Source: Podarcis filfolensis
Lineage: Eukaryota
Length of the DNA stretch: 64,000 nucleotides
Assembly (NCBI GenBank): GCA_964270895.1
Contig: OZ185440.1
Direction: 5' to 3' (one strand)
Shown here piece by piece: positions 13,721 through 26,190 of this stretch; within the stretch, counting starts at the first letter, position 1, and the number at the start of each line of letters is the position of its first letter. The notes below the pieces were generated by a model, which saw nothing but the letters and a program-made list of their open reading frames with translations, ran no database searches and was not told the origin of the DNA. A program made the translations under genes and the position numbers.

Positions 13721-14480
13721 CCATCTTAATGCAGAGACACAGTCTACTACTGAGCTCTGGTCTCCCACAACAGGGTAAGGATTTGCTACATTTTGAGTTG
13801 TGAGCAATACTTCTGACAGCCTTAGATCACTGCTGGTGGCCTGACCCACCCAAGGGTGATCCCAACATGGCTGAAACCTGGACCTCCCAATTCGTTTGGA
13901 CTTTGGCGGAATCTGGCACATAGCACTAGTCAATGCAGATGCCCACACTATAAGTCAGGGTTTCTTTTTTGTTCAATCTATCTAATATCAAGGTATATGA
14001 TTAAAGCTAGAGCCTTAAAATGTTAAAATAATGACACAAAAGTTAAGTAAGCTAATGCTATGTTAAAAGTCGACCAATATTTTTGTGAAATAAAAATTAA
14101 TAACCTTTTTGTTAGAAAAATCAACATCATAGTAATTGTTTGGACAAACACATCTCTGAAAACAACAGATGTCTTCGCATTTTTTATAGCTTTTTCATAT
14201 TTCCAATGCAAAAAGGAAATGTTAAAAGGGGAAACATAATTATAAATAGACATATTCATTTTGTAGATTAGTTTACCACACATTCCTCAAAACCCTTTCA
14301 AAGCAAACGAGATGGAATCTATAGAAAGTTAATCATTTTGGAATATGTATGGCCTCTGAAAAGACTGTAATAAAAAGAAAAGCCACCTTTAGAAAATAAT
14401 AAAAAGGAGTTGTTTATCTTCTTCTTCCTATCACTACTGCCATAATTTCTTTTACTGATCGCAACAAACAACATAACTGT

Positions 14481-14518
14481 AATCTCAGGAATTGCTTAAA
14501 ATCTCAGGAATTGCTTAA
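14481..14518. repeat. 19-bp tandem duplication (aatctcaggaattgcttaa)x2
   Basis: Two perfect copies followed by decayed aattcag...cttaa units up to about 14541. Confidence 0.9.
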
Positions 14519-16560
14519 AATTCAGTGACTTAAAATTCAGGTTTAGAGCTCAGTGATCAAGTCAATAAATAAATGAACAGCAAGTTAACATTAGGAGTGC
14601 AGACAATACTGACTGCTCAGTAATGGAACTGATTCCACAGGATGCTGGATATAGGCTTAGGGCCTTTCCACACTTTGGTCTCATTTGGATACAAAGCTGA
14701 ACTACTGTTATGTGAATGAGCATGTACCAGCCGAGGAGTCATGTGCTGCTCCATTCCTCTCTTCTTCTTCAGAATGTTCATTTCCATTTTTAACTAATCA
14801 CAATTTAGTGTTATATCTGAAGCCGAATAAACTGTGATGATTCTTAATTACAGTTTACCTTGGCTTACGAAAGTTGCTTGTTTCAATAAACCATAGTTAA
14901 GCTTAACCACAGTGTAGGGTTTGGTCATAACACCAAAATTTCAATACTAAACTTTGGTTAATTGAAAATGGAAATGAAAGTTTCTGATTTCCCCCAGGGA
15001 CATCTCAACTTAAAGATTTCTCAGGCTTGTTTTTGAAACACTAAACTAGGACAGTATGTCCTAGTTCTCTCAAGGGTTTATCTGTATGATATACCTGTTT
15101 TCAAATACATGTTGTCTCCTTCACACATTATGTATATATATAAAGTTTAAAAACAACCAAAGCAAACTGGACCTGCAAATATGTTTCAATGGCTTAATAA
15201 GAGTGCTCATATGTTTTTAACTTGGCTAGATATTGCAAACATTAATCTGCTTCAATGTTCCCTGTTTATAATTCTGATTTTGACAAATGTGAATTTTTGG
15301 ACTGATCTTAATCATCAGCAATGTTATGTCCAGAAAGTTCCCAATTGCAAAGCTCTGTGTGTGTGTGTTGGATAGATAATGTACAGTAACTAGAACAACT
15401 CTCATTAAGCTAAATCTTGTTAGCTTACTCAGTATGTGTAACTGTTACTTCTAAAGCTTATAAAACCGCAAGAAGGAATGGGTGGCTCGCTCATTCCTTA
15501 TTTTGCTCAAAGAAACATAAATTTAAAGTCATTTTAATTTTTTGCAGTATTTACATATTCAAACCAATCAAGAGCTGAAATAATCACATTTGTTTCAGCG
15601 CCTTGTTTATTGCTGCCCAGCCCCTCCCTCCTTTAAATCTTTCCCTTAGCCAGAATGATGTTTATTGAATACCTGTCATTTCTGCAGCGGCTTGTGCCAA
15701 GAGCAGCTTACCAATGCCAGTCTTACTGAAACCCCTTCTGTTTCATATTCTCTAAGGGGCTTCCTTAGATCAGCTGCTCCCCATACCCAATACACAGAGA
15801 CCTATAAATTTGCAAGCGCTGCAGTCAGCGTCCTTAACAGCAAGTGGCACCCATTTTGCCCAGTGTGGCATACTCTTGAAGGGACAGAAGAGATGCCACA
15901 TGGTGAGCAGCATTCCTCACCATGTGTAAACTGTCAATTTGATTTGAAATTAAAATTTTTGATTAACACGAGTGTTTCTGAGCCTCCCACTGGCAGCAGC
16001 CTAGTTACTGAAAAGCGACATGATTTGTGACATGCATGCTGTACAGAAAGCCCCATGCCAGGAACTGAAAGACCAGTTTTCATTTTGTTTAAATATTGAC
16101 ACTAGGGTGGTGTGTTTTTTTTTAAGGGGGTGGGATAGAAATGAACTTTGTATTTTGGACAACACCAAACAGGATGTCGATACTGAGTGGTATCCTGTTG
16201 CTTTTTAAAAGTGCCCCATGAGTATTAAAGGATGAGAACTCTGTGCGTGGTTGTATTTGTGGGGTCTACACTTTCAAATGTCATGTCTTCTCAGCATCAG
16301 GGCCTCTTCCACTGGGTGAAGGAAAATAAGGTATTAAAAACATGTTAGCTTGATAAATATTTCACACATGACAAGAAATGCTAGGCAACCCAGCCCCAGG
16401 GGCTGTGATGAGCTACACAGGTACCCTTTTAATCTAATCTGTTCACGAACACCTACCGGCAACTTGTAGGAAGCCAATGAGATGCAGCCTCCAAATGGTC
16501 TATTTCAGACAAATCCTTATGTGAATTAAATTAACAGAATTACATAAAAATTAAGAAAGT

Positions 16561-16751
16561 CAGTGTGCTATAGTGATTCAGAGTGTCAAAGAGGAGAGGA
16601 GAGGCATGGGCTCAAATCCCTACTCATCAATGAAGATTACTGTACCAGCCAGTTTCATCTACTTCATAGGGTTGTTGTGAGGATTAAAATGGGTGGACAC
16701 GCTGCTTTAAGCTCCTTGGAAGACAGATGTGGTATAAATGCAAACAATCAA
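16561..16751 (+). mobile_element. Decayed tRNA-derived squamate SINE (Squam3-like)
   Basis: Box A-like tgctatagtgattc, box B-like gggctcaaatccc (16608-16620), body cttcatagggttgttgtgaggattaaaatg, L2-type tail ...ggtataaatgcaaacaatcaa. Family name from recall. Confidence 0.7.
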
Positions 16752-16793
16752 GTACTCAATCAAATATTCCAAAGCACCTACTTTGTCCCAATA

Positions 16794-17011
16794 CAGTGGT
16801 ACCTCTGGTTACGTACTTAATTCGTTCCGGAGGTCCGTTCTTAACCTGAAACTGTTCTTAACCTGAAGCACCACTTTGGCTAATGGGGCCTCCTGCTGCT
16901 GCCACCACGTGATTTCTGTTCTCATCCTGAAGCAAAGTTCTTACCCCGAGGTACTATTTCTGGGTTAGCAGAGTCTGTAACCTGAAGCGTATGTAACCCG
17001 AGGTACCACTG
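16794..17011 (+). mobile_element. Tc1/mariner-type MITE, copy A (strand = arbitrary reference orientation)
   Basis: TIR cagtggtacctc/gaggtaccactg, TA target duplication on both sides, subterminal taacc(t/c)ga repeats. Confidence 0.92.
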
Positions 17012-17212
17012 TATCTTGTGCTGAAAATTGGGCACCTAATTACAGCCCTATTTGACATCTATCAGCAAGCTATATTGTATCATTTCCTAGGGCTTAGCTG
17101 TTCCAAAATGCTAGTCTTTCTGGCAGGAATACTTCATTAAGGAAAATGGTTCTCTGATTCAATCTGTCATAGTTTGTAGAAAGTGAAAAGAACATTTCAC
17201 TTGGGCCCAATT

Positions 17213-17338
17213 CAGGGGTGGCTAGCATACGGTCCTCTAGATATGGTTAAAAAACTACAATTCCCATCCTCTCTGGCTGGGGCTGATGGGAGTTGAAGTC
17301 CAACAATGTTTGTAGGGTCACAGGTTGCCTCATCCCTG
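17213..17338. mobile_element. Decayed hAT-type MITE related to the 6155 element
   Basis: cagggg...ccctg ends and internal actacaattcccatc...gatgggagttgaagt palindrome; TSD not recoverable. Confidence 0.6.
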
Positions 17339-17814
17339 ACAGAGCTCACAAGTTTAGATAATAATACAAGTAGTTCAAGCATTTTGGAATAATGGCATCA
17401 CAGCAAGGGACCCACAGAGCCAGGAAAAATACATTTAAAGAAGCTTTAATTTGATTTTTAAACATTAAAGAAAAGACCCAGGAGAGCTTCAAAAATCTCT
17501 TGGGGCAGCTGCAACCCAGAGGCTGCAGGTTAGCCACCCTGTTTATACGCCCTTCTGAAAATATCTACACATGGACTGGCATTGGAGAGGAAGGAATGAC
17601 AACTCAGTCTGCTCTCTCTAAATGGCACCCCATGTTTAGCCCAAAGGCAGTGTTTAAAGGAGGGAGGTCTTAAAAAGCCAGTGTTGGTGTTTATTATTGC
17701 TTCGCAATGCTCACACCTTATTGAGCACCAGTTCTCCTCACAAAGGAGGAAAAGAGGGGGAAACCTTTCCTATTACGGCTTGCTTGTGTTCATCATGCTA
17801 ATTTGAATGCTTAC

Positions 17815-17840
17815 CTTTATTCCTGGCACACAGTTTTAAC
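17815..17840 (-). other. Candidate 26-nt cassette (poison) microexon of NFIA
   Basis: catgacttttacaaccttttatgtcttag|GTTAAAACTGTGTGCCAGGAATAAAG|gtaagc: branch-like motif, pyrimidine tract, TAG/G acceptor, AAG/GTAAGC donor. No transcript evidence available. Confidence 0.45.
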
Positions 17841-19139
17841 CTAAGACATAAAAGGTTGTAAAAGTCATGTACTGTACTGCCAGGCTACCCTTGTGTTCCT
17901 GTCCATCATCCTGTTCAGACACGGAAAGGGCTAATGATCTGTCAGCTAGGTAAATTCATTACCCAGGAGAGAATAGCGCGCTGCTGCTTTTGCCCATTCA
18001 CAGCAAGGATTTCTTTCGGCATGATGCTGCATCTTCCAAGTCTCACGGGAACAGTTTATGGTTGGCAGAATAGCACTAATAACAACAATTTACATTTATG
18101 TGGTTCAGGGCATGCTCTATATTTCTACTCCTAGATCGTTCATACTCCCACTGGCAGATTCATCAGTCAGCATAGAGGAGATGCTGCCCTCCTACTCTCA
18201 GGACCAGGTTTCGCCTAGTTTTTCTTTAATGAAAATGGGTCAAGAAAGCTACAATTTGAAAGGAAGGGAAAAGGGGGGAGTGGAAATAGAGCAGTGATAA
18301 CCAGCTGATGCCTTGAAGAAAATAATCTTTCGAGAGCCAATTCCAATGAAACATTTTCTTCTATTCGTGGACGGATGAATTTTAAACAAGCTGGGTTGTG
18401 TCCAAAAGGTTCCCTAACTTTGACTCACTATGTCAGAGAAAAAAACCCTATCACTGCCAGGAGGGAACCTTTGAAGCCAGCTCATTATTTGCTGATTTGA
18501 TTTATTGTGTGACCCACCTCAAAGACTTGGGATGGATAAAAGAAAAGTTAAAACGTATAAAACACAAAATGTGATGTAACCCTTCTACTACCTTGCCTTA
18601 GGTTACAAAAAGTCAACTGAAATAAATAAATGAGTACTTAAGTTCCAATTTCCAAAGTTAGATTCTGGCTGTTTCCTGGTAGAGATCATTTGAGAAGCAG
18701 CTAATAAGGCCTCTTTATGCATATTTGCAGTCCTTACATAATATTTGTAAGAGGGCATTTTCACTTGATGTGGTTTTTATGGATTGTGATGGAACATAAA
18801 ATTGGAAACACTGGTTCACTTTCATATGCCACTTCATATGCCATAAACAGCATCCTGAAATATGTTGGAAGGTGGACCTGCATGAATTTTGCAGCAGTGG
18901 TCTGTAAGTATTTTCTGAAATTCCTGTTCTGCTGCTGCTTTCAGATTTTTGAGGCAAAATCCACAATCTTTTGAATTTTGATGTCTGCTGAGATCTGAAG
19001 GGGAAACTGGCTGTACTGGTATTCAGGAGTCCTATGGCGGGTGTCTCCTCTGCCGACTTAAACAAGTGCGGAAAACTTTTCTGTTCTGCCAGCCCTTCAC
19101 AGGCAGTTAAGATTACATCCCCCCCACAATGGTCTATTG

Positions 19140-19263
19140 ATGTTTATTTTATTTTAAATGTTAAAAAACTTTTTATGATTTTATTGTTTGGTTTTATGTT
19201 TTATATTGTTGTAAACGACTGTGATATATCTTTATGACGCAGTGGTATACAAATAAATAATAA
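19140..19263 (+). mobile_element. Old L2-type LINE 3' UTR/tail remnant
   Basis: T-rich tract then tgtaaacgactgtga...gtggtatacaaataaataataa, resembling the L2 tails at 13363 and 37840. Confidence 0.4.
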
Positions 19264-19599
19264 ACTATATTGTGATCATTTCTAGATGGCTTGATTCATA
19301 AGTTTGCCCAGTAAGTTTTCCAGATCACAAATGAGAAACCTAGGTACTGTCAGAAACTTATTTCATAGTTTTCTACAAAGTCCTCCTGCCTTCAGCCACT
19401 GAGAACCACATATTTAAAGTAAGTGACAACTGCTAAGCTTGATATAGAGGTGGGATGGAGTGAATAAAACCAGTGTTCCATTAGAAAATGGGCTAGTTGC
19501 AATAAGGGCCTGCTAACTCTAAGAATTAAACTTTGAGAGTATAAAAAAAATGCATTTGTTTTGCTACTTAGATAAACAGGACACTGGACTAGATGAATC

Positions 19600-19810
19600 T
19601 TTCCCCTGATTCATATTGGGTGAATTGTGTTTTTATATTTTGACTTTACTTGGTGTTTTACTATTTCTGCTTCATTAACCACTATCGGTATATTTTGCAT
19701 TTTATACTTTTGCATTGTTGTTGCAGTTTTGAAATTTTATCATGTAAGCTGTCTTAAGAGAGACTTTTACTGAGAACGGCAGACTATAATCGTTTTAAAG
19801 AAATAAACCA
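19600..19810 (+). mobile_element. Old L2-type LINE 3' UTR/tail remnant
   Basis: T-rich tract then tgtaagctgtcttaagag...ggcagactataat...aaataaa. Confidence 0.35.
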
Positions 19811-20619
19811 ATCAAGCAGGGCTCTTTCTTACAGCCGCGCATTACAGTGCTCCGTTTTCTCTACCAGTACTGCTTCCCACAGTGCAAAACACACACAAAT
19901 CAGGAGCAGGAAGGATTTCCTGTGCAGAACTGCCATTATTAAGTAGCAGGGAAACAATTCACTGGTGCAACAGTAAGATCAACAACCGAAAATGAAGTTA
20001 GTTACAGATTAAACTGTGTTAAAAGCATTAAAAAGAAACGAAAAGGGAGATCTGTATCTAGAATCACTACCTCTTTATTATAAATGACTCCAAGGTTTAT
20101 TCTAACAAATCACAGGAAAAACCTTCCTTTGTGAATTCAATCTTCCAATCTTGCTTTTTTGGTACTTTCCGAGAAACACACACAGTAGCTTAGAGTTGTG
20201 CTTCCCATCTACTTCTAAGACTCCTGTGTAAACTGCCTGGAGGTGATTGTAAGAACTTGCTCAAGAATCATTTGATAAATCACTTGGCATCATTCAGATG
20301 AGACGGAGGAGGAGAAAGAGGTGGCATATTTCATTGCATGCATTCAGCAAAATTTCTCAGTTGTCAAACACCCGCATCTTCTAGGAATACTATAGTATGT
20401 AAAACATGCAAACAAACACAGTAAATGTGATGGACGTGATTACCAGTATACATGCAGCTAAACACTATGGTGCTGCTTTGGCTGCTGCAACACAAGGAGA
20501 CACTTCTGCCACTGCAGCTAAAGTGATAAATTACGCTATGCAGTCTGCCTTACGTTACATTTGAATACTTGGAAACTTTACACTCTCCCTTATTACAATG
20601 GCATGCCACAACCGGGGAA

Positions 20620-21060
20620 CCAAGTGACCCTGACCTTATTCTATTTTATCTGTTTCCTTTTGTTGTCTTTGCACTCAATTTTTCTGCCAGTATAAGTGAC
20701 CATACTCTGTTATATCATGCTTCTATTGATAGATCTTGCAAATTCTTCCAGCATTTCACAACTAATAAGCGTGCTGCTATAAACAAAATGATAAGCATTT
20801 CCTCATATGGAATTCTGACATTTTGGCCACTAAAGATTGATAACATTCATTTTGGATCCATCTGTATTTCCTTCTTTTCTATATGACTTATTCCAGTTTG
20901 GGGCTTTCCAGGAAAGTGCAAGAAAGCATCTGATGAGGCATAATGGTGTCTTTACATTGTACAGGGCTGCTGCACACGCCTTGCTAAGTTTAGCTACCAT
21001 TCTGGGCTCTGTTTTGAAGCCTGCAATGGACTTCAGAATCAATACTGGGTGGAGGAATTT
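20620..21060 (-). mobile_element. Decayed L1/Tx1-type ORF2 C-terminal fragment
   Basis: Minus-strand translation IILFIAARLLVVKCWKNLQDLSIEA*YNRVWSLILAEKL parallels AARILIAKYWKTQDLPTLEEW of the young L1 at 25639. Confidence 0.65.
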
Positions 21061-22141
21061 GATTTAAAAAAAAAAAGTTTCAACAAGATGTTTGAGCAAA
21101 ACAATTCCATTTATTGCTATCCCCACCATATCCCCAAACTGCGCTCTCATTCACTAAAACCAGATTTCAGTTCCCTTTTAGGATTGTTTTAGTACCCAGT
21201 TTGCAGACATTTAACATGAAGAAGTCCAGCATACACTCTGACATAGCCTGGCCTCACTTTCGACATGCTACCACTAGCTCACATTTTTAGGCGACTTGTA
21301 GAGAAGTGGCAAAGCCCTAACACAGCCACTTGACACAGGATGAAGTGGCATCTGTTAGGCTTTCCCTGTGACTGCTAAAGCTGAATGTGAGCAAACTTTA
21401 AATCCTCTCTAAGTCAAAACAGAAATTCCCTTCCTTCTTTCTCTTTCCCCTCATTTTGGCTCTTCATGTGCAGAGGAAGAGTTTATAACTGCTAATGTAA
21501 AATTCCTCACAAGATGACAGGCCTGCTCATGAGACAATAACCTCTCAGCACTTCTAAAGTCAATGGATAAGCTTTTTATAAGAGGAAGTATAAAAATGGA
21601 TGAGGAAGGAAGAAACCTATAAAACTTTTACACATACCTCTGTCTCAGAACTCTTCCTTGATTACGACCAAGTAATGAATACTTCTATTAACTGACTGAT
21701 TTTTAGAGTGCACTTTTATCTACAGGTTCTATATTTACAGTGCAAGCCCTTTCAATTAATACACGAAACAGGAAATAAGTGGCTAATTATTGTATTTCAC
21801 TGCAAGTAACAGGTCTTTCATTGGACCTGTTAAACGAGGGAGTTAAAAAAGAAGCTATGGTATGCAAATTGAGGACAAGGGTTACTGGGTTGACAGCAAA
21901 AGATACACTAATTTGTAGCACAGCTTGAGACATTTTTAAGGAAGAAACTTTTTGGGCTAACTGTTTTGGGAGTCTAGTGCTGTAGAATCGTATTACATAT
22001 GATGGAAGATTTAGAACTCAGTTTCATATCTGCACAACCATTTTGAACTACAGTCACAGTAAAAAAACAAAAACAAAAACAAACAAACAATAACTTATGT
22101 TTCTCTATATTATCCTCCTTGGAATTCTTGCTGAACAAGTA

Positions 22142-22382
22142 CAGTGGTACCTCGAGTTACAAACGCCTCAGATTACAAACGCTTCAGGTTACAAACTCAG
22201 CTAACCTGGAAGAGTTACCTCGAGTTGAGAACTTTGCCCCAGGATGAGAACGGAAATCGTGTGCTGGCGGCGCAGCAGCAGCAAGAGGCCCCATTAGCGA
22301 AAGCATGGTTCTAGTTAAGAACAGTTTCAGGTTAAGAACGGACCTCCAGAATGAATTTAGTTCATAACCAGAGGTACCACTG
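22142..22382 (-). mobile_element. Tc1/mariner-type MITE, copy B (inverted relative to copy A)
   Basis: Same TIRs and TA TSD; its reverse complement aligns by eye along copy A. Confidence 0.92.
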
Positions 22383-23686
22383 TACAATTTTTCTGATTAA
22401 ATCTTCTTTATTACCAGCCTACAGCATTTTCCCTTGCAGGTACCCACTTCTGGAATGGCCCTAACACCCAGCTATCTTCCTGTGTGGGTACAGGATTGTT
22501 CTCAAACTCTCCTTCCTTCCATCATTTATTCACTTACAAAGATTTATACCTTGTCTTTTGATAAGTGCCTGCAAACCAAATCCATATCAGAAGCATAATA
22601 AATAATAAATTGGATTAAAACACCAATAAAGCCTACAATAGATAAACACAATAAACATTCAGCAAGATAAAAATAGAAACTAAACCAATTAAAAGGTCAT
22701 CTCTAAAAGAACATGAAAACTGAGCACACGTCTCTCAGTGCAATGAAGCAACCATCAGCCATGCCTAGGAGGAAAGTTCCAGAGTTTGTTTGGCACACGA
22801 GAAAAAACATGTTCTCTGGTAGTCACTCACCTAATTTCCAAGGAGGAGCCACACTTAGAGAAGATTATCTTAATTGATGAACAGGTTATAAGGTTCTAAA
22901 TACCTTGACCCCAGTCGGTTTTGAACAAAACCTGCTCTTTGAATAAGTTGAGAAGCAAACTGAATGTGAAACAGCATGGAGGTGTCCCACTGGACATGGA
23001 ATAAGTGATTCTTGGATTGTGACTACATATATATTCATGTGTGTGTGTGTCCTCTCCTGTCTTGAGAAACCAGATACTTATTTTTGCTACATTGCCTATT
23101 CCTTCACAGAGACTGCTAACTTCAAAGTGCAATGAGTATGTCATGTCCTTCAGGCACCATGTGGTCAGGCCACAAACATTTGCTGCATGCTATCAGTACT
23201 TTGTGTCAGTATTTGCTTGGATGATTTCTTTTTATCAGAATGTGTTTCTTGCGGAGGTTAATGGTTAACAGCTGTGACATCCAAAGTGCTCTGTCAATTT
23301 GTAGCTCTTGCAACCTGTAGGTCACTGTTGAGGCAGCCTTCATGTTTGGCCTGAACATTGTCTTGAGAACTGACCTTGAGTGACTCCCCGATATGACGTT
23401 GGATTGACAGCCAACTTCCACAGGAGCTCTACAGCAGAATGGCAGTGATGCCAACAGCCAGACTATGGCTGGAATCCTGTGCACACTTATGTCAGGGAAA
23501 GTCTTGCTGAAGTCAATGTTACCAGTAAACCTGCACAAGATTTATGATCGGGGGAGTAACTGTATAAGACTGACTATAACATAAAAGACCTTTGCAAATA
23601 ATTGCATACTTTTGACTTTAATATGAAAACACACTAAATATGCAATAGCATATCCAAGCTATATGCATTAAAAAAAATATACAGTA

Positions 23687-23918
23687 CAGTGGTACCTCGG
23701 TTTAAGAACAGTCCTGTTTATAAACGATTTGGTTTACGAACTCCGCAAAACCGGAAGTTTTTGAGAACTTCACCTTGGTCTAAGAACAGAATCCAAACGG
23801 TGGAAGGGCACCGGTGGCAAGAGGCCTCATATGGGAAAGTGCGCCTTGGTTTAAGAACAGCTTCGGTTTAAGAACAGACTTCCGGAATGGATTAAGTGTG
23901 TAAACTGAGGTACCACTG
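23687..23918 (-). mobile_element. Tc1/mariner-type MITE, copy C (related subfamily, oriented like copy B)
   Basis: TIR cagtggtacctc/gaggtaccactg, TA TSD, ttaagaac subterminal repeats. Confidence 0.9.
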
Positions 23919-25197
23919 TATGGTAATTTTCACTAATAGCCAATATACAAAAGTACTTCTAGAGCAGGGGAAAGGTTGCTTAGTAGTTTTTCCAACAGTT
24001 TTCTATGTAGTCACCTCCCCTGTCCCTCAAAGTTCTAGAAACAGGATTAACAACTTCAGAATTTGGGATTAGAAGCAATAAGGGAAGGAAAACACTTTAT
24101 TATGGATGGGTAATGCATGCAGTAAAGAGTGTTTGCTGTTCTTGGGCACAGTGCTGCCATGGTAAGCAGATTGTGGCATAGTGCATTGGTGGGCACCAGT
24201 GACCTCTGTACCAGACATGAATCAGTAAGGGTGCAAATCTATGGAGAACATACTCTTTGCACAGAGATGGTTTTATGGTTCATGTTGGAACTGATCTTCA
24301 CCTAGTACATTTATCTTATCAATTCAGTTTTGGTGCTTTATCAGTGAGAAGCCACCTGAAACCACAAGAAAGGTGAATAGATAGCCAACTATTGGTTATG
24401 TTAGAGATGAATCATATGAGCAGGAAATTGATTTATTCAAAACCAAGAGTCAAAGTTTTTAATCTCCACTCCTCATGCATGAAGGACAAGAGGAAAGGAG
24501 GAGCGAACAACCACAAGGCTTATAATGGAAGTCTTGCAATGGGAAACCATGGTTTCCTGTTACATTTGTAATGAATAAATATCTATATCCATAATTCAGC
24601 TCTATTTCTGTGTCATGTGACTGGGCACCCTTTCTACCTACTTTACTTGTTATTAACTCTTTCCTCCTACTAATTTATCTCAAAGGAATAGCTACTCCAG
24701 AACTTGTAGTCCTCGAACTGCAATTTTAATGATATTATAAGCCAAACTGTTTGCTTCCATATTGTGATAAATATGGCAGCTTCGAGCAAAACCTTCTCCT
24801 GAACAATATTCAGAAGCATGGGTATAAAGATGAGGTTCTGTAAGAATGTTAGCAAGATGACACGAACCACTTTTTAACTGCATTACTTATCATTTCAACA
24901 TGCATTCAATTGAATTATGGCAATGCAGTATGAGACTGGGTTCAACATGCAAATGCCAGGAGAGTCATTCTCTGATTTCATCAAAGTCTCTTTGAGATAT
25001 TGATCTATCTTCTACAATGAAGGGGCAGCCTTAGGAAAGACAGTCATGCATAGCAATGACATTATTGTAAGGTTAGGGCCAATTTATACATGATACACAA
25101 CTGCATGTAACTCTCTCTCTGTTTCTCTCTTCAGAATGCAAAGCCGGAATGGAAGTTGAGGGTGGGAAGGAGCTATTTAACACTTTCTGCTTGGGTT

Positions 25198-26190
25198 ATT
25201 TTTCTTTTCTTTTTCTTTTTTTAAATATATTTATTGAAATTTTACAAAAACATAGGTTTACAGAATCCCCCCCCCCAAAAAAACATAGGAAAAGAAAAAG
25301 ATAAAAAAAGAAAACATACAAAAATACATAAAAAAGCAAAAATAAAAATAAAAATACAAAATACAAAAAACAGATAGATAAAAAAGAATTAAAAACAAAT
25401 CCATTTTTTGTAACTTTAAACTCATAAGCTTGTTTCCTTGACCTCCTCACACCTCCCCTTTTTGTATTCCCATTTAAATAATCAAATCAGCAAATCCTTA
25501 CCCTCTTTCATTTATCTTAACTCTATATCTTAACATATTATAACTCTATATTTTCATCCATTATCAATTCATTTTTGCATATTCTCATTAACTTTGTTGC
25601 TAATGCCACTTATTTTCAATCCAACATCATTTTTAACATTAATTAATTTTACAGTGTTTCTGCAGATAGTCTTTAAATTTCTTCCAATCTTCTTCCACCA
25701 ACTCTTCTCCCAGGTCTCGGATTCTGCCAGTCATTTCCGCTAATTCCATATAGTCCATCACCTTCATCTGCCACTCTTCCAGGGTGGGTAAATCTTGTGT
25801 CTTCCAATACTTTGCAATGAGTATTCTTGCTGCTGTTGTTGCATACATGAAGAAAGTTCTATCCTTCTTTGGCACCAATTGGCCGACAATGCCCAGGAGA
25901 AAGGCCTCTGGTTTCTTCAGGAAGGTATATTTAAATACCTTTTTCATTTCATTATAGATCATCTCCCAGAAAGCCTTAATCTTTGGGCACGTCCACCAAA
26001 GGTGAAAGAATGTACCTTCATTTTCTTTACATTTCCAACATTTGTTATCGGGCAAATGATATATTTTTGCAAGCTTGACTGGTGTCATGTACCACCTGTA
26101 TATCATTTTCATAATATTCTCTCTTAAGGCATTACATGCCGTAAATTTCATACCGGTGGTCCACAATACAGCCATAATGTCTTTGATGTC
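25198..26190 (-). mobile_element. Young 5'-truncated L1-type LINE (ORF2 C-terminus, 3' UTR, polyA tail)
   Basis: Uninterrupted ORF (25639-26217) with CWKC-x7-HLWWTC zinc knuckle and AARILIAKYWK motif; AATAAA at 25230-25235 followed by an A-rich tail. 5' boundary and TSD uncertain. Same strand as NFIA. Confidence 0.93.

Noticed and set aside
13520-13948. 142-aa minus-strand ORF (likewise 38406-38798, 9053-9319 and 56788-57009)
   Set aside because: Artefacts of L2 antisense sequence and microsatellites producing poly-Pro, poly-His or dipeptide runs.
16561-16625. tRNA-like A/B boxes
   Set aside because: Part of a decayed SINE head; no cloverleaf, so not a tRNA gene.
11679-18731. Identical 15-mer ATGCATATTTGCAGT at 11679 and 18717
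   Set aside because: A rough estimate gives a few shared 15-mers by chance in 64 kb of this composition.
21807-21832. 9-bp perfect hairpin taacaggtc/gacctgtta
   Set aside because: Too short for a pre-miRNA; such stems are expected by chance.
22829-22853. TAG|GTGAGT ratchet-like motif or 23-nt pseudo-exon in intron 3
   Set aside because: Purine-rich sequence just before the AG, and the alternative acceptor is a weak AAG.
23206-23538. 110-aa minus-strand ORF with apparent acceptor and donor
   Set aside because: Its acceptor end overlaps a decayed palindromic reptile repeat (ggctggaatcctgtgcacactt...gaagtcaatg); no recognisable protein.
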